A DNA stretch of 64,000 nt from Mycobacteriales bacterium (GTDB taxonomy: Bacteria; Actinomycetota; Actinomycetes; Mycobacteriales; Pseudonocardiaceae), in assembly GCA_038254065.1 (NCBI GenBank), contig JBBSGM010000001.1, positions 6,434-70,433 of the forward strand, read 5' to 3'. The notes beneath the pieces are model-generated. The model was not told the DNA's origin and did not search any database. It worked only from the letters and a program-made list of their open reading frames with translations. Below, piece by piece: positions 20,350-32,785 of this stretch; the stretch's first letter is position 1, and each line of letters opens with the position of its first letter. Position numbers and translations under genes: made by a program.

Positions 20350-20652
20350 TCATCCGAGCGGGGGCAGCAGTCCCGGCACGAGGACTGACAGCAGCGCGAG
20401 GACGGCGCCGAGCACGGCCCCCGCCAGCAGGGCGACGGCCAGCGCCCAGCCCGCCTGGGTCAGCGGCGACAGCGCCGGGCGGCCCGGCGGGTCGGTGCTG
20501 CCGGCCGTTGCCGGATCACGCTGAGGCGCCGTCCGGTCGCCGCCGACCTGCTGTGATCGCACGGGTGACGCAGGCGTGCCCCGCCCGGCCTGGGCCGACT
20601 GCGCGCGCAGCGCCTCGGCCAGGCGTTGCTCGGAAAGGTCCATCTCCCTCAC
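20350..20652 (-). CDS. Small C-terminally membrane-anchored protein, possible anti-sigma partner
   Basis: 100 aa. Its GTG start overlaps the stop of the upstream ECF sigma gene (GTGA). It has a C-terminal TM helix (WALAVALLAGAVLGAVLALLSVLV). No ZAS motif was seen. Confidence 0.4.
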   Translation of the reverse strand: MREMDLSEQRLAEALRAQSAQAGRGTPASPVRSQQVGGDRTAPQRDPATAGSTDPPGRPALSPLTQAGWALAVALLAGAVLGAVLALLSVLVPGLLPPLG

Positions 20653-21251
20653 GGCGCTGCGGGCCGCCCGGCCAGCACGCGGGCGACCGCGTCGAGCGCC
20701 CGGCTGGCCGTGGACTTCACGGTGCCCCGGCTGATGCCCGTCGACTCGGCGATCTCTGCCTCGGACAGCCCGCCGTAGTAGCGCAGCACGAGCACCTCGC
20801 GTTGCCGCGGGGGCAGCGTGCCCAGCGCGTCGACCACTGCCTGGTGCTCGGCGGAGAGCATGGCCAGTGACTCCGCGGAGCGGGCGGTGGCCTGGTGCGG
20901 AGGTACGTACTCCCGTGCGGTACGGCGTCTGCGCAGTACCGAACGCGCCCCGTTGACCACCGCGGTGCGCAGGTAGCCGAGCGCGGCGGCCTCGTCGCGC
21001 AGCCCCGACCAGTGCCGGTGCAGCCCGGCGAACGCCTCCTGAACGACGTCCTCAGCCGTCGCAGGCTCGTCGACGAGCAGGATCGCGAGGCGGACCAGCC
21101 GCATCCGATGGTCGCGGTACAGGTCGGCGAGGGTGCGCGGGGCCTGCTCGGGCCCGGCGTTGACCGGGTCCGGGCGGCTGTCGATCCGGCGCAACCGGCT
21201 CAGCGTCTGCTCGACGGCGCTCTCGATCCCGTCCGTGCCCACGGGGTTCAT
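20649..21251 (-). CDS. ECF-type sigma-70 family RNA polymerase sigma factor
   Basis: Region 2 (DVVQEAFAGLHRHW) and region 4 HTH (LSEAEIAESTGISRGTVKSTASRAL) are present. The start was set to ATG 21251. Confidence 0.85.
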   Translation of the reverse strand: MNPVGTDGIESAVEQTLSRLRRIDSRPDPVNAGPEQAPRTLADLYRDHRMRLVRLAILLVDEPATAEDVVQEAFAGLHRHWSGLRDEAAALGYLRTAVVNGARSVLRRRRTAREYVPPHQATARSAESLAMLSAEHQAVVDALGTLPPRQREVLVLRYYGGLSEAEIAESTGISRGTVKSTASRALDAVARVLAGRPAAP

Positions 21252-21354
21252 CCTATCGGCGTCGCAGGTTCGCAGGCCGGGTACTCGGCAACCGGTGCAC
21301 AACCGGTGCGGGATAATGCCCGTCGGGAACCGCGGACGTCGAGGAGGCCGACAC

Positions 21355-22386
21355 ATGCCCATCGCTACCCCCGAGATCTACAACCAGATGCTGGACAACG
21401 CCAAGACCGGCGGTTTCGCCTATCCGGCGATCAACGTGACGAGCAGTGAGACGCTCAACGCCGCGCTGCGCGGGTTCGCCGAGGCACAGAGCGACGGGAT
21501 CGTCCAGGTGTCCACCGGCGGGGCGGAGTTCCTGTCCGGGACGAAGGTCAAGGACATGGTCGTCGGCTCGAGCGCGTTCGCCGAGTTCGCCCGCGTCGTC
21601 GCCGCGAAGTACCCGGTCCACGTCGCGCTGCACACCGACCACTGCCCGAAGGACAAGCTCGCCGGTTTCGTCCGGCCGCTGCTCGCGATCAGCCAGGAGC
21701 GGGTGGCGCGTGGGCAGCCCCCGCTGTTCCAGTCGCACATGTGGGACGGCTCGGCGGTGGAGCTGCACGAGAACCTGTCCATCGCCGCCGAACTGCTCGA
21801 GCTGGCCGGCGCGGCCCGGGTCATCCTCGAGGTCGAGATCGGGGTGGTCGGCGGCGAGGAGGATGGCATCAGCAACGACGTCGACGAGAAGCTCTACACC
21901 GCCCCGGGCGACTACGAGCACACCGTCGACGCGCTGGGCGCCGGCGAGAAGGGCCGGTACCTGCTCGCCGCGACCTTCGGCAACGTGCACGGCGTCTACA
22001 AGCCGGGCAACGTGAAGCTGCGCCCGGAGATCCTCAAGGAAGGTCAGGAGGTGGCGAGCCGCACGCTCGGGCTGCCCGCCGGCTCGAAGCCGTTCGACCT
22101 GGTGTTCCACGGCGGTTCCGGCTCACGGCTGGAGGAGATCCACGAGGCGCTGTCCTACGGCGTGGTGAAGATGAACGTCGACACCGACACCCAGTACGCT
22201 TTCACCCGACCGGTCGCCGCGCACCTGTTCACCCACTACGACGGCGTGCTGAAGGTCGACGGCGAGGTCGGCGACAAGAAGCTCTACGACCCGCGGTCCT
22301 ACCTCAAGGCGGCCGAGGTCGGGATGGCCGACCGGGTCGTGCAGGCCGCGGAGAACCTGCGCTCCGCCGGCCAGACCCTCCGCTGA
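21355..22386 (+). CDS. fbaA: Class II fructose-bisphosphate aldolase
   Basis: The N-terminus MPIATPEIYNQMLDNAKTGGFAYPAINV and the motifs HTDHCPK and FHGGSGS are present. A GAGGAGG RBS precedes ATG 21355. Confidence 0.95.
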   Translation: MPIATPEIYNQMLDNAKTGGFAYPAINVTSSETLNAALRGFAEAQSDGIVQVSTGGAEFLSGTKVKDMVVGSSAFAEFARVVAAKYPVHVALHTDHCPKDKLAGFVRPLLAISQERVARGQPPLFQSHMWDGSAVELHENLSIAAELLELAGAARVILEVEIGVVGGEEDGISNDVDEKLYTAPGDYEHTVDALGAGEKGRYLLAATFGNVHGVYKPGNVKLRPEILKEGQEVASRTLGLPAGSKPFDLVFHGGSGSRLEEIHEALSYGVVKMNVDTDTQYAFTRPVAAHLFTHYDGVLKVDGEVGDKKLYDPRSYLKAAEVGMADRVVQAAENLRSAGQTLR

Positions 22387-22480
22387 CCCTCCGCCACCGC
22401 TCTCCGGGAGCGCCGGGTGGCATTCGGTGTATCTGGCGCAGCGAGCGCCGCTGTCGCTCCACCGGGCGGGGGGCGGCAGG

Positions 22481-22903
22481 ATGGGCGCCATGAGTATCCA
22501 CCGCAACCTGCTCGGTCCTGAGCCCACGCTGCTGCCCGTCGACGCGGCCGCGGGCGAGCTCGACGGGGGCGCCGACCCGGCGGCGGTCGCGGCGGCGCAC
22601 CCGACGTCGAGCATCGCGTGGGCGGCGCTGGCCGAGGCGGCGCTCGCCGACGGCCGGACGGTCGCCGGGTATGCCTACGCCCGCACCGGCTATCACCGCG
22701 GCCTCGACCAGCTGCGGCGCAACGGGTGGAAGGGGTTCGGCCCGGTTCCCTGGGCGCACGAGCCCAACCGCGGTTTCCTGCGCGCGCTGGCCGCGCTGCT
22801 GCGCGCCGCCGAGGGCATCGGCGAGACCGACGAGGTGCAGCGCTGTCGGACGCTCCTGGAGGACTCCGACCCCCGAGCGGCCGCCGCGCTCGGCCTCACC
22901 TGA
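22481..22903 (+). CDS. DUF3151-like conserved actinobacterial protein
   Basis: The core GYAYARTGYHRGLDQLRRNGWKGFGPVPWAHEPNRGFLRAL and the position next to fba match my recollection of this family. Start is ATG 22481 or 22490. Confidence 0.55.
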   Translation: MGAMSIHRNLLGPEPTLLPVDAAAGELDGGADPAAVAAAHPTSSIAWAALAEAALADGRTVAGYAYARTGYHRGLDQLRRNGWKGFGPVPWAHEPNRGFLRALAALLRAAEGIGETDEVQRCRTLLEDSDPRAAAALGLT

Positions 22904-22977
22904 CAGCGATCGCCGCGAGTGCGCTCATGGTTGTGGAGACGACCATTTTCGGTGATCACTCCCGCCGCGGGGGGATG

Positions 22978-25059
<2,082 letters not shown>

Positions 25060-25090
25060 GCGCGCCGCCGTCCCTCGTCGGCAGGGTGGG

Positions 25091-26287
25091 TCAGGCCGCG
25101 CAGGATCCCGTGTCGACCGTCCGGCTCAGCGTGGACCCACCGGCGAGCGCGGACTCGACCTGCTGCGCGGTGAGCACGAACCCGGTCTCCGAGTCGTCCA
25201 CCGCGGCGCCGAACACCACGCCGAGCACCTGGCCGGCCGGTGAGATCATCGGGCCGCCGGAGTTCCCGGAGCGGACCACCGCCCGGACGGTGTAGATGTC
25301 GCGGGTCACGGTGCCGGTCTCGTAGATGTCGGGACCGACGAGCTTGATGCGGTCGCGCACCTTGGCTGTGGTGGCCCTGAAGGGCCCGTCGAGCGGGTAA
25401 CCCAGGATGATCGAGTCGTCTCCGACCGACGCCGGGGTTGACGCGAACTGCAGCACCGGAACCTGCAGGTCGGGCACCGCGAGCAACGCGATGTCGACCT
25501 TCGGGTCGTAGAACACCACGGTGGCACCGAGCTGACGGGTGCGTCCACCGCGAGACGTCACCTCGACGCTGGTCTGCGAGGTGCCCGCAACGACGTGCGC
25601 GTTGGTCAGCACCGCCTCCGGGCCGACCACGAACCCGGTGCCCTCGAGCAGCCGGGAGCACGACGGTGCGCGACCGCGGACCTTGACCACGCTCAGTCGC
25701 GCGTCCTGCACGGTCTGGCTGCTCGCCAACCTGCCGTTCGGCGGCCCGACCGGGGTGATCGGGGTCTTCGCGAACGGGCTGAGCACGTCGGGGAAGCCGG
25801 AGTTGTTGAGCAGCTGGCGCAGCTCCGTCGGCAGTTGTCTGGCGCCCGCCGGCATCACCGAGTCGACGGCCTTCAGGACCTCCGAGCCGCGCACCCCCGC
25901 GGCGATCCCCGGGAAGCTCGCCGAGACCAGCGGCAGCGCCACCAGCCACGCCGCGATCACGACGGTGACAGCCTGCAGCAGCGAGCCGAGTGCGGAGTCC
26001 ACGGCGAGGATGCGTTCCCCGGTGATGCGGTCGCGGATGCGGCGGCCGAAGAACACACCGGTAGTTTCGCCGAGCGCCACCAGCGCCACGACGACCGCGA
26101 TGCTGGCGATGACCCGGGTGCTCGGCGTCTGGATCCCGGCGACGAGCAGCGGCGCCAGCCGCACCCCGAGCACGGCCCCGCCGAGCACGCCGACGAAGGA
26201 CAGCAGCGCGACGGCCATCCCGTGCCGCCAGCCCGACACACCCGCGAACACGGCCAGCAGCAGGACGACCACGTCGACCCAGCTCAT
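25091..26287 (-). CDS. MarP-like membrane-anchored serine protease (CvpA-like TM domain + trypsin fold)
   Basis: N-terminal TM helices plus an H/D/S triad context (TNAHVVAG, DIALLAV, GNSGGPMI). It opens a block collinear with M. tuberculosis Rv3671c-Rv3676. Confidence 0.75.
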   Translation of the reverse strand: MSWVDVVVLLLAVFAGVSGWRHGMAVALLSFVGVLGGAVLGVRLAPLLVAGIQTPSTRVIASIAVVVALVALGETTGVFFGRRIRDRITGERILAVDSALGSLLQAVTVVIAAWLVALPLVSASFPGIAAGVRGSEVLKAVDSVMPAGARQLPTELRQLLNNSGFPDVLSPFAKTPITPVGPPNGRLASSQTVQDARLSVVKVRGRAPSCSRLLEGTGFVVGPEAVLTNAHVVAGTSQTSVEVTSRGGRTRQLGATVVFYDPKVDIALLAVPDLQVPVLQFASTPASVGDDSIILGYPLDGPFRATTAKVRDRIKLVGPDIYETGTVTRDIYTVRAVVRSGNSGGPMISPAGQVLGVVFGAAVDDSETGFVLTAQQVESALAGGSTLSRTVDTGSCAA

Positions 26288-26405
26288 CGCCGTGACTCGG
26301 CGCACTCGGGAGGCCGCCTCGCGCGGGCACACCGCGGCATCGTGCACGCACTCACCGCACCCCCTCGACGGACGGACCGGCGTCGCCGGCGCGGCCGGGG
26401 CACGT

Positions 26406-27128
26406 TCATGAACCCGCGACCCCCCGCCACTGTGCCTGCGCTGCGGACCACGCCTCGGCCAGGTCGTGGACCTGGGAGGAGTCCCAGGGCCGTTCCCATC
26501 CCCCCAGATACAACAGCGCGGACAATATGCCCCCCGTGAAGCCCCACACGAGCAGGCCCGCCACGCTGAACGCCGGTCCGACGAACCCGGAGGGATGGCT
26601 CACCCGTAGCCGGTTGAGCGGGTCGGCCAGCGCGGCGAGCGGCACCCGCGCAACGCGTGCGGTCTCCCCGGGGTCGACCGCCCGGATGGCCACCGGGCAG
26701 CGCCAGTGCGCGAGCACGGGCGTGACCACGAAACCCGACGGGGCGATGAACAGGTTCGGCAACTGGGCCAGCGGGACCACGCCGGACGGGTCGAGCCCGG
26801 TCTCCTCCTCGGCCTCGCGCAGCGCCGCGGTGACCGGACCCGAGTCGGTGACGTCAATGCTGCCGCCGGGGAAGGACACCTGCCCGGCATGATCGCGCAG
26901 GGCGGTGGCGCGCTCGATGAGCAGCACGTCGGGACCGTCCGAGCCGTTGCCGAAGAGGATCAGCACGGCTGCCGGGCGGCCGCCTCGGGTTGGCGGGACG
27001 GGGTGGCAGGTCAGGATGGTCGCGTCGACACCCGAGAGGCGCTCGAGCAACGGTTCGAGGTAGGCCGGTGCGCGGTCGGGCCGCAGTTCGATGGTACCCG
27101 TCGAGCTGCCGCCGGCCCCTCCGGTCAT
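26406..27128 (-). CDS. Nudix hydrolase (CoA pyrophosphatase-like)
   Basis: Nudix box GGSIDVTDSGPVTAALREAEEETGL. ATG 27128 overlaps the upstream stop. Confidence 0.8.
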   Translation of the reverse strand: MTGGAGGSSTGTIELRPDRAPAYLEPLLERLSGVDATILTCHPVPPTRGGRPAAVLILFGNGSDGPDVLLIERATALRDHAGQVSFPGGSIDVTDSGPVTAALREAEEETGLDPSGVVPLAQLPNLFIAPSGFVVTPVLAHWRCPVAIRAVDPGETARVARVPLAALADPLNRLRVSHPSGFVGPAFSVAGLLVWGFTGGILSALLYLGGWERPWDSSQVHDLAEAWSAAQAQWRGVAGS

Positions 27129-27808
27129 GGCGGACCGCCGAGCCGGGCGACGGCCGCGGCCACGTCGTCGGCGGAGTGGAAGGGGACCGGCGGGTCGACG
27201 GGAACGATGCTGCCGTCGACCCGGACGACGTAGCTGACCGGCACCGCGGGCGGCGGATCGAGCGCGGCCTGCAGCGCGCGGTCGGGGTCGGTGACCGAGG
27301 GCAGCGTGACCCCGAGGTCGGCGAGCAACCCCAGCGCGGACCTCGGGTCGTCGCGGACGTCCACCCCGAGCACCACAACAGCGCCAGGTCGGACGGCGTA
27401 CTCGGCCAGCACCGGCAGCTCGGCGCGACACGGCCCGCACCACGAGGCCCAGAGGTTGACCAAGGCGGGGCGCCCGGCGAGCGCGGCGCCGAGGTCGACC
27501 CGGCCGGGTGCGCCGAGGCACGGCACGAGGATCCCGCTCAGTGGGCCGGCCGCTATGCCGTGACCGGCGGTGGGACAGGGTGCCAGCGCCGCGGCGGCGC
27601 GCAGCGGGGCGAGCGCGACATCGTCGGTGGTGGCTGTGGCGGCGGTGGCTGCGGTAGCGGCCGGCGCGGAACCGGAACGGGACGCCGCGTCCGATCTGTC
27701 GCGTGGCCACAGTGCGAACACACCGACCACGACGAGCAGTACCACCAGTGCGGTGGTGACGACCTCCGAGCGACGGGGCCGGGCGCGCTCGACGCTCACC
27801 GCGAGCAC
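27125..27808 (-). CDS. TlpA/ResA-like thiol:disulfide oxidoreductase
   Basis: WASWCGPC active site and an N-terminal TM helix (VVTTALVVLLVVVGVFAL). Start is GTG 27808 or 27799; the listed 28045 overlaps nth. Confidence 0.75.
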   Translation of the reverse strand: MLAVSVERARPRRSEVVTTALVVLLVVVGVFALWPRDRSDAASRSGSAPAATAATAATATTDDVALAPLRAAAALAPCPTAGHGIAAGPLSGILVPCLGAPGRVDLGAALAGRPALVNLWASWCGPCRAELPVLAEYAVRPGAVVVLGVDVRDDPRSALGLLADLGVTLPSVTDPDRALQAALDPPPAVPVSYVVRVDGSIVPVDPPVPFHSADDVAAAVARLGGPP

Positions 27809-27839
27809 CAGAACATCGGCGGCTGCCTGGACCGCTGCC

Positions 27840-28658
27840 TCACGCCGCGCCGTCCGCCCCTCCGGCGCCCGCCCCACCGGTCGGGTCGAAGCCGGCCAAG
27901 GCGAGCAGGTGCGCGGTTTCCGGACCCTTGACCAGCGGCGCGGCCCGCTCGGGGTCGACCGGCCCTGTACCGAACGCGGGGCAGTCGGCAGCCAGCAGGC
28001 ACACCCCACAGGCCGGCCTGCGAGCGTGGCAGACCCGGCGTCCATGGAAGATCACGTGGTGCGACACCATTGTCGCGTCGCGCGTGGGCACCAGCTCGCC
28101 GACGGCATGCTCGACCGTGACCGGGTCCTCCTCGGTGGTCCACCCCCAGCGCCGGACCAGCCGACCGAAGTGGGTGTCGACCGTGATCCCGGGGATGCCG
28201 AACGCGTTGCCGAGGATCACGTTGGCCGTCTTGCGGCCGATCCCGGGGAGCGTCACCAGCTCGCCGAGGGTAGCCGGCAACACCCCGTCGTACCGTTCGA
28301 CGACCGCGGCGCCCAGCCCGATCAGCGAGGTGGTCTTGTTCCGGAAGAAGCCGGTGGGCCGGATGAGCTCCTCGAGCTCGGACCGGTCGGCGCCGGCGTA
28401 GTCACGCGCCGTGGGGTAGCGGGCGAACACCGCGGGGGTGACCTCGTTGACCCGCATGTCGGTGCATTGCGCGGACAGCATGGTGGCGACGGCGAGCTCC
28501 AGCGGGGTCGTGAAGTCGAGTTCGCAGTGCGCGTCGGGGTAGGCGACCGCGAGCGCGCGGAGCATCCGGGCGACCCGGCGGGCGCGCCCGAGGCTGCTCT
28601 CCCCGGCCGCTATGCGCGCAGCGAGTGCGGACGCCCTGCGTCGATCAGGGATGGTCAC
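27840..28658 (-). CDS. nth: Endonuclease III
   Basis: HhH-GPD motif ([18 protein letters not shown]) and a 4Fe-4S cluster loop ([17 protein letters not shown]), with a Gly/Ala-rich C-terminal extension. Confidence 0.93.
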   Translation of the reverse strand: MTIPDRRRASALAARIAAGESSLGRARRVARMLRALAVAYPDAHCELDFTTPLELAVATMLSAQCTDMRVNEVTPAVFARYPTARDYAGADRSELEELIRPTGFFRNKTTSLIGLGAAVVERYDGVLPATLGELVTLPGIGRKTANVILGNAFGIPGITVDTHFGRLVRRWGWTTEEDPVTVEHAVGELVPTRDATMVSHHVIFHGRRVCHARRPACGVCLLAADCPAFGTGPVDPERAAPLVKGPETAHLLALAGFDPTGGAGAGGADGAA

Positions 28659-28867
28659 GCGTCGAGCCTACGACCGCTCACCGACAGTTGGCCACGCACC
28701 CGCCCGCCGTGCGGGATGCCATCTCGCGCCCCTCCGCGAGACCAGTGCGCCTGCACAGACGAGTGCGCCTGCACACACGCTTGCAGGTCACGAACCGGTC
28801 TCGACGCGGCGAGTCGGAGACCCCGATGCCGCATGTCCGGAGGGAATGCGGGAGCATCGACGTCAAT

Positions 28868-29125
28868 ATGACTGCCTGGCTGTCCGTCCTCGTGCCGCTG
28901 CTGGTGATGTTCTTCGCGCTCGGAATGGAGCGGGTCGAGTCCAGGCTGCGGGCGTCCACCGTCCGCCAGGAGGACCTCGACGAGATGCTGGAACAGCCGC
29001 GGCCCGACGAGATCCGCGCCCTGTTCCGGCAGGGCACGGCGCGCGCCCTCGAGCTGTTCCGGTTGCGGCACCGCGACGGGCCCGCCACCAGGCGCACGGC
29101 GCGGCGGGCCAAGGTCTCCTCCTAG
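28868..29125 (+). CDS. Small membrane protein upstream of crp
   Basis: 85 aa from ATG 28868, with one TM helix (WLSVLVPLLVMFFALG). The position corresponds to Rv3675. Confidence 0.4.
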   Translation: MTAWLSVLVPLLVMFFALGMERVESRLRASTVRQEDLDEMLEQPRPDEIRALFRQGTARALELFRLRHRDGPATRRTARRAKVSS

Positions 29126-29186
29126 CCCTTAGACTGCCCGCCGACAATCCACCGCGTGCGCGGCCGGGTGGGGTGAGGAGCGGACT

Positions 29187-29861
29187 GTGGACGAGGTTCT
29201 GATCCGCGCCGGGATCTTCCAGGGCGTGGAGCCGAATGCGGCGGAAGCGCTGGCGCAGGCGTTGGAGCAGGCCGAGTACCCGCGCGGCCACGTGATCTTC
29301 GCTGAAGGTGAGCCGGGGGATCGGCTCTACATCATCGGAAGTGGCAAGGTGAAGATCGGCCGCAAGTCACCGGACGGCCGGGAGAACCTGCTCATGGTGG
29401 CCGGTCCGTCGGACATGTTCGGCGAGCTGTCGATCTTCGATCCAGGTCCCCGGACGTCCTCGGCAACTGCGGTCACCGAGCTGCGCGCATACACCATGGA
29501 TCGCCCCGCCCTGCGCGAGTGGATCGGCAAGCGTCCCGAGATCGCCGAGCAGCTGCTGCGGGTGCTCGCGCGGCGGCTGCGCCGGACGAACAACATGCTG
29601 GCCGACCTGATCTTCACCGACGTCCCGGGCCGGGTGGCGAAGTCGCTGCTGCAGCTCGCGCGCCAGTTCGGGTCGCAGGAGTCGGGCCTGCTGCGGGTCA
29701 CCCACGACCTGACCCAGGAAGAGATCGCGCAGTTGGTCGGGGCGTCCCGGGAGACCGTGAACAAGGCGCTGGCCGACTTCGCGCACCGTGGCTGGCTGCG
29801 GCTGGAGGGGAAGAGTGTGCTGATCCTGGATCCGGAGCGGCTGGCCCGCCGGGCCCGCTGA
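29187..29861 (+). CDS. crp: cAMP receptor protein (Crp/Fnr family)
   Basis: cNMP-binding domain ([30 protein letters not shown]) and a C-terminal HTH ([20 protein letters not shown]). GTG start. Confidence 0.93.
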   Translation: MDEVLIRAGIFQGVEPNAAEALAQALEQAEYPRGHVIFAEGEPGDRLYIIGSGKVKIGRKSPDGRENLLMVAGPSDMFGELSIFDPGPRTSSATAVTELRAYTMDRPALREWIGKRPEIAEQLLRVLARRLRRTNNMLADLIFTDVPGRVAKSLLQLARQFGSQESGLLRVTHDLTQEEIAQLVGASRETVNKALADFAHRGWLRLEGKSVLILDPERLARRAR

Positions 29862-29876
29862 GCCCCGGGTGGCCGG

Positions 29877-30683
29877 TCAGGAGCGCAGGAAGCGCAGCTG
29901 GGCGCGCACCGACCACTCCGCGGCCGGCCGCAGCGCCGGGTCCACGTCGGCGTAGACCACCTCGACGATGTGGCGGGCGGTGGCAGCCGGACCGAGCTCG
30001 CGCAGCGCGGCGCGCACCTGGCTGAGCCGCTCCGCGCGGTGCGCCAGATAGGTCACGGCGACGCGCGGCGCATCGGCCAGCTCGGGACCGTGGCCCGGCA
30101 GGACCGCGGTGGCTGCCGCCAGCTCGGTGAGGCGCCGCAGCGAGTCCAGGTACGGGCCCAGTGCCCCGTCCGGGTACGCGATCACCGTGGTGCCGCGACC
30201 GAGGATGGTGTCGCCGGTGAGCACCGCGGGCCCGGTTGCGCCCGGTCCGTCCAGTACGAAGCACAGCGAGTCGGTGGTATGTCCCGGCGTCGCGAGTACC
30301 CGCAGCTCCACCCCGGCGGCAGCGACGACGTCGCCGTGCCCCAGCGCCTCGGCGCCCAGGGTCAGTGCCGGGTCCAGCGCCCGAACCGGGGCACCGACCA
30401 GCTCGGCGAAGCGGCGTGCTCCGCCCGCGTGGTCGTGGTGGTGGTGGGTGAGCAGCACCTGCGCCACAGGGCCGTGCGCGGCGACCCGGCGCAGGTGCTC
30501 CTCGTCCCTGTCGCCCGGGTCGATCACCACGCACTCCTCGACACCGGGCGCGCGCAACAGCCAGGTGTTGGTGCCCTCCAGCGTCATCGGCGACGGGTTG
30601 TCGGCCAGCAGCACCGATGCCAGCGGCGTGACCGGGCGCAGCACCCCGTACGCCGGATGGTCGGGGGCGGCAGGCGACGTCAC
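29877..30683 (-). CDS. MBL-fold metallo-hydrolase
   Basis: THHHHDHAGG metal-binding motif. The position is equivalent to Rv3677c. Confidence 0.85.
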   Translation of the reverse strand: MTSPAAPDHPAYGVLRPVTPLASVLLADNPSPMTLEGTNTWLLRAPGVEECVVIDPGDRDEEHLRRVAAHGPVAQVLLTHHHHDHAGGARRFAELVGAPVRALDPALTLGAEALGHGDVVAAAGVELRVLATPGHTTDSLCFVLDGPGATGPAVLTGDTILGRGTTVIAYPDGALGPYLDSLRRLTELAAATAVLPGHGPELADAPRVAVTYLAHRAERLSQVRAALRELGPAATARHIVEVVYADVDPALRPAAEWSVRAQLRFLRS

Positions 30684-30958
30684 GGTCCCACCCCGGCGTC
30701 AGGTGGCTCACGGCCCGCTCGTGATCCGCCTTGCGGGACAGCGCAGCGTAGTTCGACGGGATCCACCGGGTTCACCCGACAGAAGCTAGTCCGTCGTGAC
30801 GCGGCCGGTGTCTGCGCGCTGTCGGCCGGCGCACGACGCAGAGGCGGTCGCGCGGTCACCGATCCGCGCTCTTCATGGTTCTGATCATGGCGGTGCCGTG
30901 GCCGGTCGCGAGTAGATCCTTCACCGGACGGAGCACACCAGTGCGTTCCGAGCAGCGG

Positions 30959-32719
30959 TCAGCTCGCCTGGTCCGGCCGGTCGAGGCGTGGTGGCCAGGC
31001 GGACCCGTTCGGGCCGGCGTTCGTCGCGGCGGTGGGGCGCACCGTGGGCGGCTTCCGCTCGCGGGCGATCAGTTCGGCATGCAGCAGGCGGAGCAGCTCA
31101 CGTTCGGTGCCCGTGAGCGAGGCCATCGGGTCGCTGTCGTCGGCCTGCGTGCCCGCGGGCTGCTGCGCAGCGGGTTGGGTCTGCGGAGCCTCTGTGCGCG
31201 GAGTCTCTGCCGGCGGGAACCCTGCTTGTCGTGGTCCGGCAGCCGGGTCGATCGGATCGACGTCCGCTCCGGCGTCCGGATCCGAGCGGTGCCGGGCGCG
31301 ACGCTGTCCGACTCCCGAACTCGAGGAGGGGTGGACCGCAGGCTCGTCGTTGGTCGCGGTGGGTGACGGAACTGACGAGGAGACCGCTGCGCGGGACGGC
31401 ATCGCCCATGCCCCGGATACCCAGTCGTGCGCCCAGGACTGTCGTGGCTTGTCCGCGGCGCGTTCGGCACCGGGTCCCTCCGGCGGGACCTGCGGCACGG
31501 CGTGCGCGCTCCCGACAGTCGGGTCGAGCAGCGGATCGAGCAGTGGTTGCTGCAGCGGGCCGCTGAACGGGTCGTTCATCTCGACAAACGGTGCCAGGTA
31601 CGCGTCGTCCTCGTCCGCAGGGGCAATGGTGCACCCAGGCTCGTCGGCGTTGAGCTCCTGCTCTGGGTCCCCGCCCGGCTGCGGTTCAGAGACCGACCGC
31701 AGCGCGGTGGCGGGCGGGGCCGGCGTTCTGTCGAGCCTCGGGGCCGAGCTCAGCGTAGGTACGGCAGCGGGTGGGATGCTCTTGCACTCACCCGCAGAAG
31801 CCGGACCGGTCGGGATGCCGACGGTCGGGAACGCCCCCACCGGACCACGTCGGACGGCCCGACCGGCATCGACGGCAGGTGCGGCCGGTTCGGCACTGCG
31901 GGGCCCGGGCGACCCGTTGAGGGCCGGGTTGCACAGCACCGGACCAGCGGCGCCAGGCTCGCACTGCGGATCTGGGCCGCCAGCGGATCTCAGCTTGCCG
32001 GGCGGTACGTCCGGTCCGCGGACACCGCGACGCGCACTGCCGACAGATCCGTGCTCGGCACCGCCCACCGCCGGCTGCCGCCGGCCCGTCTCTGCCGGTA
32101 CCGGACGCGCCGAGCTGAGTGCCTCGGCGTGATAACCGGGCAGCGCCGAGCCGGCCACGAAGGCCTCGACCGACGCCGGCGCACCCGCCCGGTGCAGGAT
32201 GGTGGCAAGCTGGTAGGCGAGCACGTCGGCGGCGGTGTGCGCGTCCGGTCCGGCCTCCTCGTCGACCTCGACGAGGAGCACCGGATGCGGTAGCGGCCCC
32301 GGCGCGGCTCCGGCCGGTGTGCGCCGCCAGGTCAGCCAGCTGCGGCGCCCGGCGAGCTGGTGGGCGGCAGGTCCGGCGAGCACGTCCCCGACCCACGCCA
32401 CCGCGGCCGGTGGCGCGGCGTCAGCGTGGAACCGGTGCGGGGTGCCGTCCTCGCGCACGGCAGCTGGCAGCTCCTGCTCGGCGTCCAACCCGATCCGCAG
32501 TGCCCGCCCGATGGCGACGACGGCGGCGCGGACCGGTGGTGGCAGCGCCGCCCGGTCGGCAACCAGAGTGGCGGTGAGGAGCTCGAGCGCCTGGCCGTCC
32601 GCACCACTCGCGACGAGCTCCCGGCTCGACGCGAGCAGGTCGTCGTCGACCCTGCCGGCCAGCGCGAGCAGCAGCTCGTGCGTGGTCAGGACCGGCGAGG
32701 CGGACTCCGTCATGATCAC
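30959..32719 (-). CDS. Hypothetical protein: structured N-domain plus long Pro/Ala-rich disordered region
   Basis: 586-aa ORF. The N-terminal ~190 aa are paralogous to the upstream 214-aa protein (HELLLALAGRVDDDLL versus HELLLRLAGRLPDDQL). The rest is low complexity. Confidence 0.45.
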   Translation of the reverse strand: MIMTESASPVLTTHELLLALAGRVDDDLLASSRELVASGADGQALELLTATLVADRAALPPPVRAAVVAIGRALRIGLDAEQELPAAVREDGTPHRFHADAAPPAAVAWVGDVLAGPAAHQLAGRRSWLTWRRTPAGAAPGPLPHPVLLVEVDEEAGPDAHTAADVLAYQLATILHRAGAPASVEAFVAGSALPGYHAEALSSARPVPAETGRRQPAVGGAEHGSVGSARRGVRGPDVPPGKLRSAGGPDPQCEPGAAGPVLCNPALNGSPGPRSAEPAAPAVDAGRAVRRGPVGAFPTVGIPTGPASAGECKSIPPAAVPTLSSAPRLDRTPAPPATALRSVSEPQPGGDPEQELNADEPGCTIAPADEDDAYLAPFVEMNDPFSGPLQQPLLDPLLDPTVGSAHAVPQVPPEGPGAERAADKPRQSWAHDWVSGAWAMPSRAAVSSSVPSPTATNDEPAVHPSSSSGVGQRRARHRSDPDAGADVDPIDPAAGPRQAGFPPAETPRTEAPQTQPAAQQPAGTQADDSDPMASLTGTERELLRLLHAELIARERKPPTVRPTAATNAGPNGSAWPPRLDRPDQAS

Positions 32720-32785
32720 GTGGTCTCCTTCGCTCGGCTGGCTTCAGGTCCCGCTGGCTCAGGTCCCGCTGGCTTCAGATCACAG

